From Candidatus Saganbacteria bacterium (GTDB lineage: Bacteria; Margulisbacteria; WOR-1; JAKLHX01): a DNA stretch of 32,000 bases. Location of the stretch: positions 210,001 to 242,000 of the forward strand of contig JAPLKZ010000005.1 in assembly GCA_026387835.1 (NCBI GenBank). The letters run 5' to 3'. Below the pieces are notes generated by a model that had not been told where the DNA came from, ran no database searches, and was given only the letters and a program-made list of their open reading frames with translations. Each line of letters begins with the position of its first letter. Positions within the stretch are counted from its first letter, which is position 1. Below, piece after piece: positions 8,319-16,955 of this stretch. A program made the translations under genes and the position numbers.

Positions 8319-9189
8319 GTTCTTTTTAAGGGAAGCGTGGAACGGTTTCCGCAGGAGCGGGATCATGAGCGTGATATCGCTGGCGACCATAACCGTGTCA
8401 CTGGTCGTCCTTGGCGCGTTCCTTCTGGTGATGTTCAACCTTGGGCATATCATCGACTCTGTCGGGTCCAAGATGGAGATCGTGGCTTATGTCGACAAAC
8501 CAATAGACGACTATACCGCCAGCACTTATATGCTCCAGCTGACAAAGATCGAAGGGGTCCAAAGCGTAAGATATATTTCAAAGGACGAAGCCTGGAGCGA
8601 TTTTAAAAGAGATTTTGAGGGGCGGCTCGAACTTGAGGAGATCGTAAAAGACAACCCCCTGCCCAACGCTTTTGTCATCAAAGTGAAAAAGCCGCAGCTT
8701 GTGACGGCGGTGGCAAAAAAGATATCCAACGTGCCCGATATCGACGAGGTGAGATATTCCGGCAGATTAGCCGACCGCTTCCAGACGCTGCTTGACGCAG
8801 TAAGACTGGGAGGGCTGATACTTGTCGCCCTGCTGATACTGGCGACCCTTCTTATCGTGGTGAACACGATAAGGCTTACGGTGATAGCAAGGCAGACCGA
8901 TATAGCGATAATGAAACTGGTAGGCGCGACCAACAATTTTATCAAGTGGCCTTTCATTATCGAGGGAATACTGATAGGCGTGATAGGCGCGGCGCTCTCG
9001 TTCATCATATTAAAGTTCTCGTATGACCTTGTCGCGATGCAGATCATGAAAGCCCTGCCGTTCATACCGCTGGTCACCTCAAAGACGGAACTTTTTCTGA
9101 TATACGGCGCGGTATCGGTCACGGGAGTGCTGCTCGGGGCTCTGGGAGGATATATTTCCGTAAATTCATTACTAAAGGAGACAATGTAA
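8308..9189 (+). CDS. ftsX: Cell division permease-like protein FtsX
   Basis: 293 aa. N-terminal TM, periplasmic domain, then three C-terminal TMs. Overlaps ftsE by 11 nt. Confidence 0.9.
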   Translation: MSFEFFLREAWNGFRRSGIMSVISLATITVSLVVLGAFLLVMFNLGHIIDSVGSKMEIVAYVDKPIDDYTASTYMLQLTKIEGVQSVRYISKDEAWSDFKRDFEGRLELEEIVKDNPLPNAFVIKVKKPQLVTAVAKKISNVPDIDEVRYSGRLADRFQTLLDAVRLGGLILVALLILATLLIVVNTIRLTVIARQTDIAIMKLVGATNNFIKWPFIIEGILIGVIGAALSFIILKFSYDLVAMQIMKALPFIPLVTSKTELFLIYGAVSVTGVLLGALGGYISVNSLLKETM

Positions 9190-10617
9190 ATGCTGAAATT
9201 TTTCAGGGAAAAGATGAAGGCGATAATGATAACGATAGCGGTAATATTCGCGGCGACGATGTTCTACGGCTTGGGGTATAAAGGGTTGAAAGGAGGTCCT
9301 GTCCAGCGCGCGACAAATGAAGGGCTCGCCACTGTGAACGGCAGGCAGGTGGACATATTCCGTTTCAACCAGATGGTCGGCCGCCTGATGGCGGCGCAGA
9401 CAAAAGGAAGCCGCGACCCTATGGCTATGCTTTATATGCAGAACGTAGCCCTCGCGCAGCTCATTGATTTCACCGTTATTTTGCAGGCCGGGGAAGGACA
9501 GTCCAGGATAGGAGGGGAAGAGATCGACAAGGCAGTGACGGATATAATGTATTCAAACAAGATCCCAGACCTTAAGACTTTCCAGAACATATTGAGGTCC
9601 CAGGGTTTTTCGCTGGACGATCTCCGCCGGATGATAAAGGACGAGATAATCGTCCAGCGTTTTGTGGCAAAGATGAACGGAGAGGTCTCGGTGTCGCCGG
9701 ACGATATGAGAGAGGTAAGAGCGCAACATATCCTGATAAGGCCGGCCGACGGGTCAAAAAAATCGTGGGATGAAGCGCTGAAACAGGCTGAGTCGGTATT
9801 GGCGCAGGCAAAGTCAGGCAAGGATTTTAACGCCCTTGCTAAGGAATATTCGCAGGACCCCGGGAACGCGAAAAAAGGAGGGGACCTCGGATTTTTTAAA
9901 AAAGGCGCGATGGTCAAAGAGTTCGATACGGCGGTCTTTGCGCTGAAGCCGGGAGAAGTGTCGCAGCCGGTAAAGACGCAGTTCGGATATCATATCATCA
10001 AGATGGATGAATCAAGGCTTGTCAAGGGAGCGGACAAAGAAAAGATCCTGGCGGAAAAAAAAGACAGGCTTTTCAAGGAATGGCTTGAGGGACGCAAAGA
10101 AAAGTCCCGGATCGAAATAAAGAACTATCTTTTAAATGCTTTTAACATGATGCTTAAGAACGACCAGTCTGGCGCGGTGATGGAGTTCAAAAAAGCCGCG
10201 GAGGCTGAACCTCAGAGCCCGTACCCGCATCTATTTTTCGGCAACATGCTGGTCCAGATGGGGAATAGCTCATCGGCATCGGAGGAATTCGGAAAGGCCG
10301 CGAACCTGGCGGGGCCCGATCCGTACGCCCATCTCTATATCGGGAAGGCATGCCTTAATACTTCAAGAACGTCGTCCGGAAAAACCGCAGAAGCGATGGC
10401 GGCAGAAGCGCTGTCGGAGTTCCAGAAAGCTTCCGTTCTCGCGGGCGAAAACAGAAAGATCCGTGAAGACCTGGCGGCATCGTTCAAAGAATTGAAGATG
10501 AAAACCCTTCTTTCGGAAGAGAACGGGAAACTTGAAAAAATAAAAGAGAAAGAAAAATTCGAGGAAGAGATAAAGAAAAAGATGGGAACGGGGACTTCCG
10601 AGACCGAAATAAAATGA
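9190..10617 (+). CDS. Membrane-anchored parvulin-type peptidyl-prolyl isomerase (PpiD/PrsA/SurA-like) with TPR-like and K/E-rich C-terminus
   Basis: N-terminal TM (AIMITIAVIFAATMFYGL). Parvulin core VRAQHILI ... GGDLGFF ... FGYHIIK. The start is 1 nt after the ftsX stop. Confidence 0.88.
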   Translation: MLKFFREKMKAIMITIAVIFAATMFYGLGYKGLKGGPVQRATNEGLATVNGRQVDIFRFNQMVGRLMAAQTKGSRDPMAMLYMQNVALAQLIDFTVILQAGEGQSRIGGEEIDKAVTDIMYSNKIPDLKTFQNILRSQGFSLDDLRRMIKDEIIVQRFVAKMNGEVSVSPDDMREVRAQHILIRPADGSKKSWDEALKQAESVLAQAKSGKDFNALAKEYSQDPGNAKKGGDLGFFKKGAMVKEFDTAVFALKPGEVSQPVKTQFGYHIIKMDESRLVKGADKEKILAEKKDRLFKEWLEGRKEKSRIEIKNYLLNAFNMMLKNDQSGAVMEFKKAAEAEPQSPYPHLFFGNMLVQMGNSSSASEEFGKAANLAGPDPYAHLYIGKACLNTSRTSSGKTAEAMAAEALSEFQKASVLAGENRKIREDLAASFKELKMKTLLSEENGKLEKIKEKEKFEEEIKKKMGTGTSETEIK

Positions 10618-10625
10618 TCCCGGCG

Positions 10626-11993
10626 CTATTTCGCCAGATCGCAGGCTTCTTTTAAGAGCCTTTCAACATCTTCTTTCCGGGTAGCCTCGCAATATATACG
10701 GAGCAGAGGTTCCGTGCCGGAAGCTCTTAGTAATACCCAGCTTCCGTCTTCAAATATCAATTTTATCCCGTCCATGTCCCGGATGTCCTTTACTTTGAGA
10801 CTTGCCATCTCTTTAGGAGGGGCTTTTGATAATTTTTCCATCACGGCATTTTTCTTTTGATCGTCTATGCGGATGTCCACCCTGTCGTAATAATACCGGT
10901 GAAATTCTTTTGAGATATCGGCCAGTATTTCTTCAAGGTTCTTTTTTTCGGCGGCCATAAGCTCGATCAACAGGAGCGCGCATAGAATGCCGTCCCTTTC
11001 GGGGATGTGCCCTTTGATCCCGAAACCGCCGCTTTCTTCCCCGCCGATAAGGATGTCCTCCTTCAGCATGAGATCGCAAACGTGTTTAAAACCGATCGGC
11101 CTCACGTACAATCTTAGCCCGTATTTTTCGCACATCTCGTCGATAAGATGAGTGACGTTGAAAGTCTTGACGACCGACCCGGCCATCTTTTTGTTCTTTA
11201 CAAGATGATGGAGCAGCAGGGCAAATACCTGGTGCGTATTGATGAAGACCCCGTCCGAACCCACAGCTCCTATACGGTCCGCGTCACCGTCAAGCGCGAG
11301 GCCGACGACTTTTTCCCTTCCGCATTTATCAATGAGGGCTTTCAGGTTAGGTGTGATGGGCTCGGGGTTCACGCCTCCGAAAAGAGGGTCGCGGCGGTCA
11401 TTGATCTCTTCTATCTTGATGAGGTCTTTCAGGACGGTCTTAAGATATCCGGAGCCGCTGCCGAAAAGACAATCAACTACGACTCTTACGCCCGATCCCG
11501 ATATAAGGTCGAGATCCACCATCTTAGATACGCTTTCAAGATAATCTTTTTTCGGATCAAAGGTCTTTATTTTCCCCGCGGGCGTGTTTTTTGGTGATGC
11601 TTTATCGAGAAGCGCTTCGATTCTTTTTGTCATCTCAGGTGTTGCTGATCCAGCAAAGCTGCCTTTGACCTTGAAACCGTTCCAGTCAAAAGGGTTATGG
11701 CTGGCCGTTATCATTATCCCCGCGGGGCTCGAATATTTTTTTACGAAAAAAGAAACAGCAGGGGTAGGGCAGGAGCTTTCGGCCAGGAGCACGTCTATCC
11801 CGTTAGAAACCACTGTTTCCGCGGACAATCCCGCGAAATGTTCCGAAAGGAACCTGTTGTCGTAGCCGATCACGACGGGAGCGGACGCTTTTCCGACAAA
11901 GAGTGAAAAGGCTTCAGCAACGGTCTTTACGTTCTGAAAGGTGAAGTCCTCGGCAATGCGCGCTCTCCACCCGTCAGTCCCGAATTTGATCAT
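10626..11993 (-). CDS. Phosphoglucomutase/phosphomannomutase family (alpha-D-phosphohexomutase)
   Basis: FGTDGWRA N-terminus, phosphoserine loop TASHNP, metal loop DGDADR, sugar loop GGEESGG. Confidence 0.9.
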   Translation of the reverse strand: MIKFGTDGWRARIAEDFTFQNVKTVAEAFSLFVGKASAPVVIGYDNRFLSEHFAGLSAETVVSNGIDVLLAESSCPTPAVSFFVKKYSSPAGIMITASHNPFDWNGFKVKGSFAGSATPEMTKRIEALLDKASPKNTPAGKIKTFDPKKDYLESVSKMVDLDLISGSGVRVVVDCLFGSGSGYLKTVLKDLIKIEEINDRRDPLFGGVNPEPITPNLKALIDKCGREKVVGLALDGDADRIGAVGSDGVFINTHQVFALLLHHLVKNKKMAGSVVKTFNVTHLIDEMCEKYGLRLYVRPIGFKHVCDLMLKEDILIGGEESGGFGIKGHIPERDGILCALLLIELMAAEKKNLEEILADISKEFHRYYYDRVDIRIDDQKKNAVMEKLSKAPPKEMASLKVKDIRDMDGIKLIFEDGSWVLLRASGTEPLLRIYCEATRKEDVERLLKEACDLAK

Positions 11994-12008
11994 ATATAAA
12001 ACCCTCCT

Positions 12009-14075
12009 CTAAAATGTCTCCTCATAAAATTCTTTTGTTCCGGTATCCGAAGGTCCCGATCCTTCTTTAATGATCTCTTCCCCGTTTGCCGGGGTAGTCT
12101 TTTTGCCGTGGGAGCTTGCGCAGACGCTCGTCGGCTGCTTACCTGCCCAGAAAGTGGCCCATTTGACTTTCCCGGGAGGACAGTCCGGACCGGCAAGACG
12201 GCCGGAATAAAGGCAGATCCTGACATTTACGACATTTTCCGGTTTTGGAAAATCTTCGGGAGGCGTCGCTGAAAGTACGGTCTCCATGAACTGTTTCCAT
12301 ATCCTGGGGCACACCGAGACCTCCGCGACGCCCTTCATGGGAGTATTGTCGTCGTTGCCGACCCATACTCCGGTTATCAGCTGCGGCACGAATCCTATGA
12401 ACCAGGCGTCGCGGAAATTATCGGATGTTCCGGTCTTTGCCGCTGCGGGCCTGCCTATCTTGGCGCGATATCCCGTGCCGATCGCGATGACCCCTTTCAT
12501 CATGTCGACCATGATATAAGCGATCTTGGGCTCCAGCACCTGCGTCTTTTTATCTTCGTTCTCTTCGATGATCCGGCCGTTCTTGTCTGTTATCTTTGAT
12601 ATGCAGAGAGGATCCGCCCTCACACCTCCGGTCGCAAAAGAGCTGTAAGCGGAGGTCATCTCCAAAAGAGACATATCGGATGTGCCGAGCACGAGAGAGA
12701 GGCTGGGGCTTATATCGGACTTTATCCCCATTTTGTGAGCGACAGCTATCGCGTTGTCGATCCCGACTTTCTGCAGCAGTTTTATAGCCGGGAGATTAAG
12801 GGAGTTCTCAAGCGCGTAACGCAGCATGACAGGTCCCCTGAACTTTTTGTCAAAATCTTTCGGCTTCCATTTGCCGTCCGGATGTTCCTTGTCCGGGAAC
12901 ACGTCGAAAGTCGCAGGCGTGTCATACAGTATATCTCCGGGAGAGATACCCTGTTCCATGGCCGCGGTGTAGACAAACGGTTTGAACGATGACCCGGGTG
13001 ATCTTTTTGCCTGGGTCACCCTGTTGAACTCGCTTTTGTTAAAATCGCTCCCTCCGACCATCGTCAGTATATGGCCCGTAACGGGGTCGATGGTCAAAAG
13101 CGCGGCTTGCGAGAAATGGTATTTAGGACCTTCTTTCATGATGAAACTTGAGACCGTGCTTTCGGCCACGTGCTGCATCGGCATATTAAGCGTCGTGTAG
13201 ATCCTTAACCCGCCCTTGTAGACCATCTCCGGCCCGTATTTTTCAACAAGCTGGTTGATCACAAAAGTGGTGAAATAAGGCGCGTTGAACTTATATTTGT
13301 TCATCTGTCCCATCGAAAGGGTGACTTTTTCTTTTTTTGCCGTTTCCGCCTGTTCGTCCGTTATCATCCCGTCGCGGGCCATTTTTTCAAGGACATTGTC
13401 TCTCTTTTTAATTGCGAGATCAAAATTCCTGTATGGCGAATATATTTCAGGAGCCCCTAAAATACTGGCAAGAAGCGCTGCCTCTCCGAGGGTAAGGCTG
13501 TCCGCATGCTTGCCGAAATAGATCTGGGAAGCGGTGTCGGACCCGTAAGTGTTGTGCCCCCAGTAGACCTGGTTCAAATACATCTCAAGGATCTCTTCTT
13601 TCGTGTATTTGCGCTCAAGCTCCAATGCTATATACATTTCCGATAATTTCCTGCCGAAAGTTTTTTTTGTGTTCAAAAAGAGAGACCTGGCCAGCTGCTG
13701 AGTGATTGTGCTTCCTCCCTGCTCGATACGGCCGCTGAAAAGATTTACCAGTGTCGCTCTTGCGATCGCTTTCAGCGAGATCCCGCGGTGGTTGAAAAAA
13801 TCATTGTCTTCCGAAGCCAGCACCGCTTTTATCAGGTAAGGGGATATCTGCGAGATGGGAACGGATATTCTTTTTTCCCCCGCGTGTATGGTCCCTAGCA
13901 CGGTCCCGTCGGCCGAATATATGATCGTAGATTCGAACGGGACGGCGTCGCTCAGGTCAGAAAGGTCCGGCAGTTGAACAGACCCCTGGATGGCAAAACC
14001 GGCTGTAGCCGCGATGACAATAAGTAATATTACTATCATCCAGCTGCCGCCCTGCTTCTTTTTCTTTTTCGGCAT
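12009..14075 (-). CDS. Bifunctional class A penicillin-binding protein (PBP1A-type transglycosylase/transpeptidase)
   Basis: N-terminal TM. GT51 motifs EDNDFFNHRGIS and GGSTITQQL. Transpeptidase motifs SSFKP (SxxK), SLN and KTGT. Confidence 0.95.
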   Translation of the reverse strand: MPKKKKKQGGSWMIVILLIVIAATAGFAIQGSVQLPDLSDLSDAVPFESTIIYSADGTVLGTIHAGEKRISVPISQISPYLIKAVLASEDNDFFNHRGISLKAIARATLVNLFSGRIEQGGSTITQQLARSLFLNTKKTFGRKLSEMYIALELERKYTKEEILEMYLNQVYWGHNTYGSDTASQIYFGKHADSLTLGEAALLASILGAPEIYSPYRNFDLAIKKRDNVLEKMARDGMITDEQAETAKKEKVTLSMGQMNKYKFNAPYFTTFVINQLVEKYGPEMVYKGGLRIYTTLNMPMQHVAESTVSSFIMKEGPKYHFSQAALLTIDPVTGHILTMVGGSDFNKSEFNRVTQAKRSPGSSFKPFVYTAAMEQGISPGDILYDTPATFDVFPDKEHPDGKWKPKDFDKKFRGPVMLRYALENSLNLPAIKLLQKVGIDNAIAVAHKMGIKSDISPSLSLVLGTSDMSLLEMTSAYSSFATGGVRADPLCISKITDKNGRIIEENEDKKTQVLEPKIAYIMVDMMKGVIAIGTGYRAKIGRPAAAKTGTSDNFRDAWFIGFVPQLITGVWVGNDDNTPMKGVAEVSVCPRIWKQFMETVLSATPPEDFPKPENVVNVRICLYSGRLAGPDCPPGKVKWATFWAGKQPTSVCASSHGKKTTPANGEEIIKEGSGPSDTGTKEFYEETF

Positions 14076-14086
14076 TTTCTTTAATG

Positions 14087-14095
14087 ATTATAACA
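14087..14095 (-). promoter_or_regulatory. Extended -10 promoter element for the PBP1A operon
   Basis: The minus strand reads TGTTATAAT (plus-strand coordinates 14095-14087). It is followed by 11 nt and the ATG at 14075, with no SD (near-leaderless). Confidence 0.4.
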
Positions 14096-14110
14096 TGGTA
14101 ATAACAGCAA

Positions 14111-14260
14111 CCCTCACCCCAACCCTCTCCCGCTAACCGCGGGAGAGGGAGAAAAAAATGCTTGTTGAATATTTCAATCAACTTTTTTATGCACCCTCTC
14201 CCTCAGGGAGAGGGAAGCCTGCCCGCAATGCTTCGCATAGCGAAGCAGGCGGGGGTGAGG
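14111..14260. repeat. Nested palindromic element: three hairpins enclosed by a 9-bp terminal inverted repeat
   Basis: Terminal inverted repeat: CCTCACCCC (14112-14120) versus GGGGTGAGG (14252-14260). Hairpin 1: CCCTCTCCCGC (14123-14133) / GCGGGAGAGGG (14139-14149). Hairpin 2: CCCTCTCCC (14194-14202) / GGGAGAGGG (14206-14214). Hairpin 3: GCTTCGC (14230-14236) / GCGAAGC (14240-14246), with outer CCCGC/GCGGG pairing. Confidence 0.7.
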
Positions 14261-14272
14261 TATGGGATGGTA

Positions 14273-14281
14273 TGATATAAT
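14273..14281 (+). promoter_or_regulatory. Extended -10 promoter upstream of the aroQ leader region
   Basis: TGATATAAT (TGn + consensus TATAAT) at 14273-14281. It lies 18 nt upstream of the ATG at 14300, which has a GGAG SD. Confidence 0.5.
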
Positions 14282-14299
14282 TTAATTGGAGTAAATAAA

Positions 14300-14383
14300 A
14301 TGAAAAACATCCTGTTTCCCTGCCCAAGATCAAAATCGAGTGAAATTTTCAATAAATACCATCGATACTCTTTCAGCCGGTGA
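14300..14383 (+). CDS. Possible 27-codon upstream ORF (MKNILFPCPRSKSSEIFNKYHRYSFSR) sharing its SD, ATG and first five codons with aroQ
   Basis: GGAG 8 nt upstream of the ATG. Its first 15 coding nt and 11 upstream nt are identical to the aroQ homology start (26-bp perfect repeat, 14289-14314 = 14457-14482). Too short for the ORF track. Coding status is unproven. Confidence 0.3.
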   Translation: MKNILFPCPRSKSSEIFNKYHRYSFSR

Positions 14384-14413
14384 CGATCCGGATATTAAAG
14401 GGAGAAAATAAAA

Positions 14414-14902
14414 ATGCAGACAACTAGGGCTTCTTTTGCAGCAGCGCTAAGGACGAGAGTAAATAAAATGAAAAACATCCTGGTCATCCACGGCGCGAAT
14501 CTCAACCTTCTCGGCCAAAGGGAACCTTCCGTGTACGGGAGTTTCACGATGGAAGATATCAATAAAGAGCTGAAGAAACTCGGAAAAGAGCTCGGGGCGA
14601 AAGTGGATTTTTTTCAGAATAACATAGAAGGCGAGATAGTGAACGCCATCCAGGCAGCGAAAGACAGGTATGGCGCTATTGTTATCAATCCCGGAGGTTA
14701 CACGCATACCAGCGTCGTCATAAGGGACGCGATAGCGGCAGTGAAGCTCCCGACCGTGGAAATCCACATGTCGAACATCTACGCCCGCGAGAAATTCAGG
14801 CAAAGATCCGTAATCGCTCCCGTGGCATCGGGTCAGATCGCGGGTTTCGGAAAAGACAGCTACCTCTTGGGTCTCCGCGCCGCTGTATCTTTGATAAAGT
14901 AA
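14414..14902 (+). CDS. aroQ: 3-dehydroquinate dehydratase, type II
   Basis: [33 protein letters not shown] and VEIHMSNI are type II DHQase motifs. The longest ORF starts at 14414 (SD GGGAG, 9-nt spacing). The homology-based start is the internal ATG at 14468. Confidence 0.92.
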   Translation: MQTTRASFAAALRTRVNKMKNILVIHGANLNLLGQREPSVYGSFTMEDINKELKKLGKELGAKVDFFQNNIEGEIVNAIQAAKDRYGAIVINPGGYTHTSVVIRDAIAAVKLPTVEIHMSNIYAREKFRQRSVIAPVASGQIAGFGKDSYLLGLRAAVSLIK

Positions 14903-14903
14903 G

Positions 14904-15569
14904 ATGGGATCTCTCCGGATACGCTGCTTAAGAAAAGCGGCAAGCATCGCTTCCTCCGTTATGGATGAGATCACCCTTTTAATACAACCCGGAATGACCG
15001 AAAAACAAGTAGCCCTCATGATCAGGAGGATGCTGAGAAAAAAAGGCGCTGAAGGCCATTCTTTTGACATAATAGTAGCTTCAGGCAGAAGATCGTCGTT
15101 CCCTCACGGTTATGCCACAAAGAAAAAGATCAGGAAGAACGAGATCGTGATGCTGGATTTCGGCGCTGTGTATAAGGGATGGAAGTCGGATATTACGCGG
15201 ACGGTCCATCTCGGAAAGTTTACAGGTTTTCAGAAAAAGGTCTATAATCTTGTATTAAAGGCCCATTTAAAGGCGGCAAGGGCGGTGGCCGACGGTGTCC
15301 CGGTAAAAGTGATCGATAAAAAGGTCAGAAGCGAGTTCAAGAAACACGGCCTTGAAAAATACTTCTGTCACAGCACCGGGCACGGGATCGGCAGGCATGT
15401 CCACGAACCGCCGAGGATATCCTTTAAAAGCGACGAGGTTTTGAGGCAAGGTATGGTAGTGACGATAGAACCGGGACTTTATTTTAAAAAATGGGGCGGC
15501 ATAAGGATAGAGGATATGATACTTGTGACAAAGGACGGCCATGAGATGCTGACGCACGCGCTCCGATGA
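14904..15569 (+). CDS. M24-family metallopeptidase (Xaa-Pro aminopeptidase-like), catalytic domain only
   Basis: 221 aa. Pita-bread fold metal ligands present: LDFGAVYKGWKSDITRT (D, D), HSTGHGIG (H), TIEPG (E), IRIEDM (E). Lacks the N-terminal creatinase-like domain of PepP/PepQ. Confidence 0.85.
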   Translation: MGSLRIRCLRKAASIASSVMDEITLLIQPGMTEKQVALMIRRMLRKKGAEGHSFDIIVASGRRSSFPHGYATKKKIRKNEIVMLDFGAVYKGWKSDITRTVHLGKFTGFQKKVYNLVLKAHLKAARAVADGVPVKVIDKKVRSEFKKHGLEKYFCHSTGHGIGRHVHEPPRISFKSDEVLRQGMVVTIEPGLYFKKWGGIRIEDMILVTKDGHEMLTHALR

Positions 15570-16255
15570 AGACTACGGCAATAATCGCGGCGGGCGGGCT
15601 TGGCACCAGGATGCGCAGTCCCGACGGAAAGCTTTTTATCGAGATCTGCGGCAAACCTGTGCTCGGCCTCACGATAAAAGCTTTTGAGAATTCGGAGATC
15701 ATCGACGATATCATCCTTGTCGTCGCGCTCGACGAGATAGAAAAAGCGAGAAAATTAAAAGAGAGGGAAGGCTACAAAAAAATAAGGCATATAATACAGG
15801 GCGGAGCGTCGAGACAGGCATCGGTCTATAACGGGCTGCAGGTCGTCTCGGATGACACGGATATCGTCGTGATCCATGACGGCGCGAGACCTTTTGTGAC
15901 AAAAGAGATAATCCTTGAGGCGGTCAGCGAGACAAGGGCGCACAGAGCGGTGATAGTGGGGGTCCCGGTCAAGGACACAATAAAAACGGTGAAGGACGAC
16001 AGGCTTGTCTCGAACACCCTTGACAGGGAGATCCTGTGGCAGGTCCAGACGCCGCAGGTGTTCGATTTTAAACTTATAAAAGAAGCCTACGAGAGAGCAA
16101 ACAGGCTGGACATCCAGGCAACGGACGACGCGAGGCTGGTAGAGCGGCTCGGTGAAAAAGTGAAGATGATCAGCGGGTCCTACGATAATATCAAGATAAC
16201 AACGCCGGAAGACCTGATGATCGCGGAGGCGATACTGAGATCAAAACAGTCATAA
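15566..16255 (+). CDS. ispD: 2-C-methyl-D-erythritol 4-phosphate cytidylyltransferase
   Basis: AIIAAGGLGTRM N-terminal motif, 229 aa, conserved VLVHDGARPF-like VVIHDGARPF. ATGA overlap with the upstream gene. Confidence 0.93.
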   Translation: MKTTAIIAAGGLGTRMRSPDGKLFIEICGKPVLGLTIKAFENSEIIDDIILVVALDEIEKARKLKEREGYKKIRHIIQGGASRQASVYNGLQVVSDDTDIVVIHDGARPFVTKEIILEAVSETRAHRAVIVGVPVKDTIKTVKDDRLVSNTLDREILWQVQTPQVFDFKLIKEAYERANRLDIQATDDARLVERLGEKVKMISGSYDNIKITTPEDLMIAEAILRSKQS

Positions 16256-16263
16256 TCGGTATA

Positions 16264-16584
16264 ATGGCAGGCCTGATAAGCGGGCTTGTGGGGGTGGGAG
16301 GCGGGATCGTGATGGTCCCTGCGATGGTCATATTATTAAAAATGAACCAGCATGAAACGCAGGGGACATCGCTGTTCGCGATCATACCCACGGCTGCGGT
16401 CGGAGCAGCGACTTACGCGGTATCGGGATATCTGAACGTCGGCGTGGCGCTCTGGGTCGCGATAGGCAGTTTTGCCGGAGCGTATTTCGGAAGCTCGTTC
16501 GCTAACAAGATATCGGAAAAGAACTTAAAGATCATCTATGTCTTATTTTTGATGGTGGTCGGGATAAAATTCTTAATAAAATGA
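16264..16584 (+). CDS. Half-size TSUP (TauE/SafE) family membrane protein, 4 predicted TMs
   Basis: 106 aa. GLVGVGGGIVMVPAMV motif characteristic of a TSUP repeat unit. Four hydrophobic segments. Confidence 0.8.
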   Translation: MAGLISGLVGVGGGIVMVPAMVILLKMNQHETQGTSLFAIIPTAAVGAATYAVSGYLNVGVALWVAIGSFAGAYFGSSFANKISEKNLKIIYVLFLMVVGIKFLIK

Positions 16585-16955
16585 CAATAACAATACTGAC
16601 AATGATCGTTTTGACGGGGTTCGGTGCAGGGCTGTTGAGCGGGATGCTGGGCGTGGGTGGCGGCACGATAATAGTGCCTGCTCTTGTGATAATACTCGGC
16701 TTTTCGCAGCATCTTGCCCAGGGGGTATCTCTCGCGGTCATAATCCCCACAGCGATAATGGGAGCTTACGGTTATTCTATAAGGGATAAGATCAACAGGG
16801 ATGTCGGAGTAAGGATGGCTTGCGGTTCGGTAGCAGGGGTTCTTCTCGGCTCATATCTTGCCTGCAGGATCGCTTCGGACGACCTTAAAAAAATATTCGG
16901 GGTCTTTGCGATCATTGTCGCGTTAAAGATATTAAAAGATGTATTTTCCAAATAA
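16581..16955 (+). CDS. Half-size TSUP (TauE/SafE) family membrane protein, 4 predicted TMs
   Basis: 124 aa. GMLGVGGGTIIVPALV motif. Four hydrophobic segments. ATGA overlap with the preceding half-size gene. Confidence 0.8.
   Translation: MTITILTMIVLTGFGAGLLSGMLGVGGGTIIVPALVIILGFSQHLAQGVSLAVIIPTAIMGAYGYSIRDKINRDVGVRMACGSVAGVLLGSYLACRIASDDLKKIFGVFAIIVALKILKDVFSK

Noticed and set aside
10605-10633. Hairpin spanning the convergent stop codons of the PPIase and phosphohexomutase genes (CGAAATA / TATTTCG)
   Set aside because: It is a 7-bp A/T-rich stem with a 15-nt loop and no T-run. It is not a convincing bidirectional terminator.
14315-14467. Classical transcription attenuator (terminator/antiterminator) between the 27-codon uORF and aroQ
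   Set aside because: Only a weak 4-bp CCGG hairpin (around 14377-14391) is present, and no G/C-rich stem followed by a T-run. Attenuation by this mechanism is not supported, and the uORF idea is kept only as a hypothesis.
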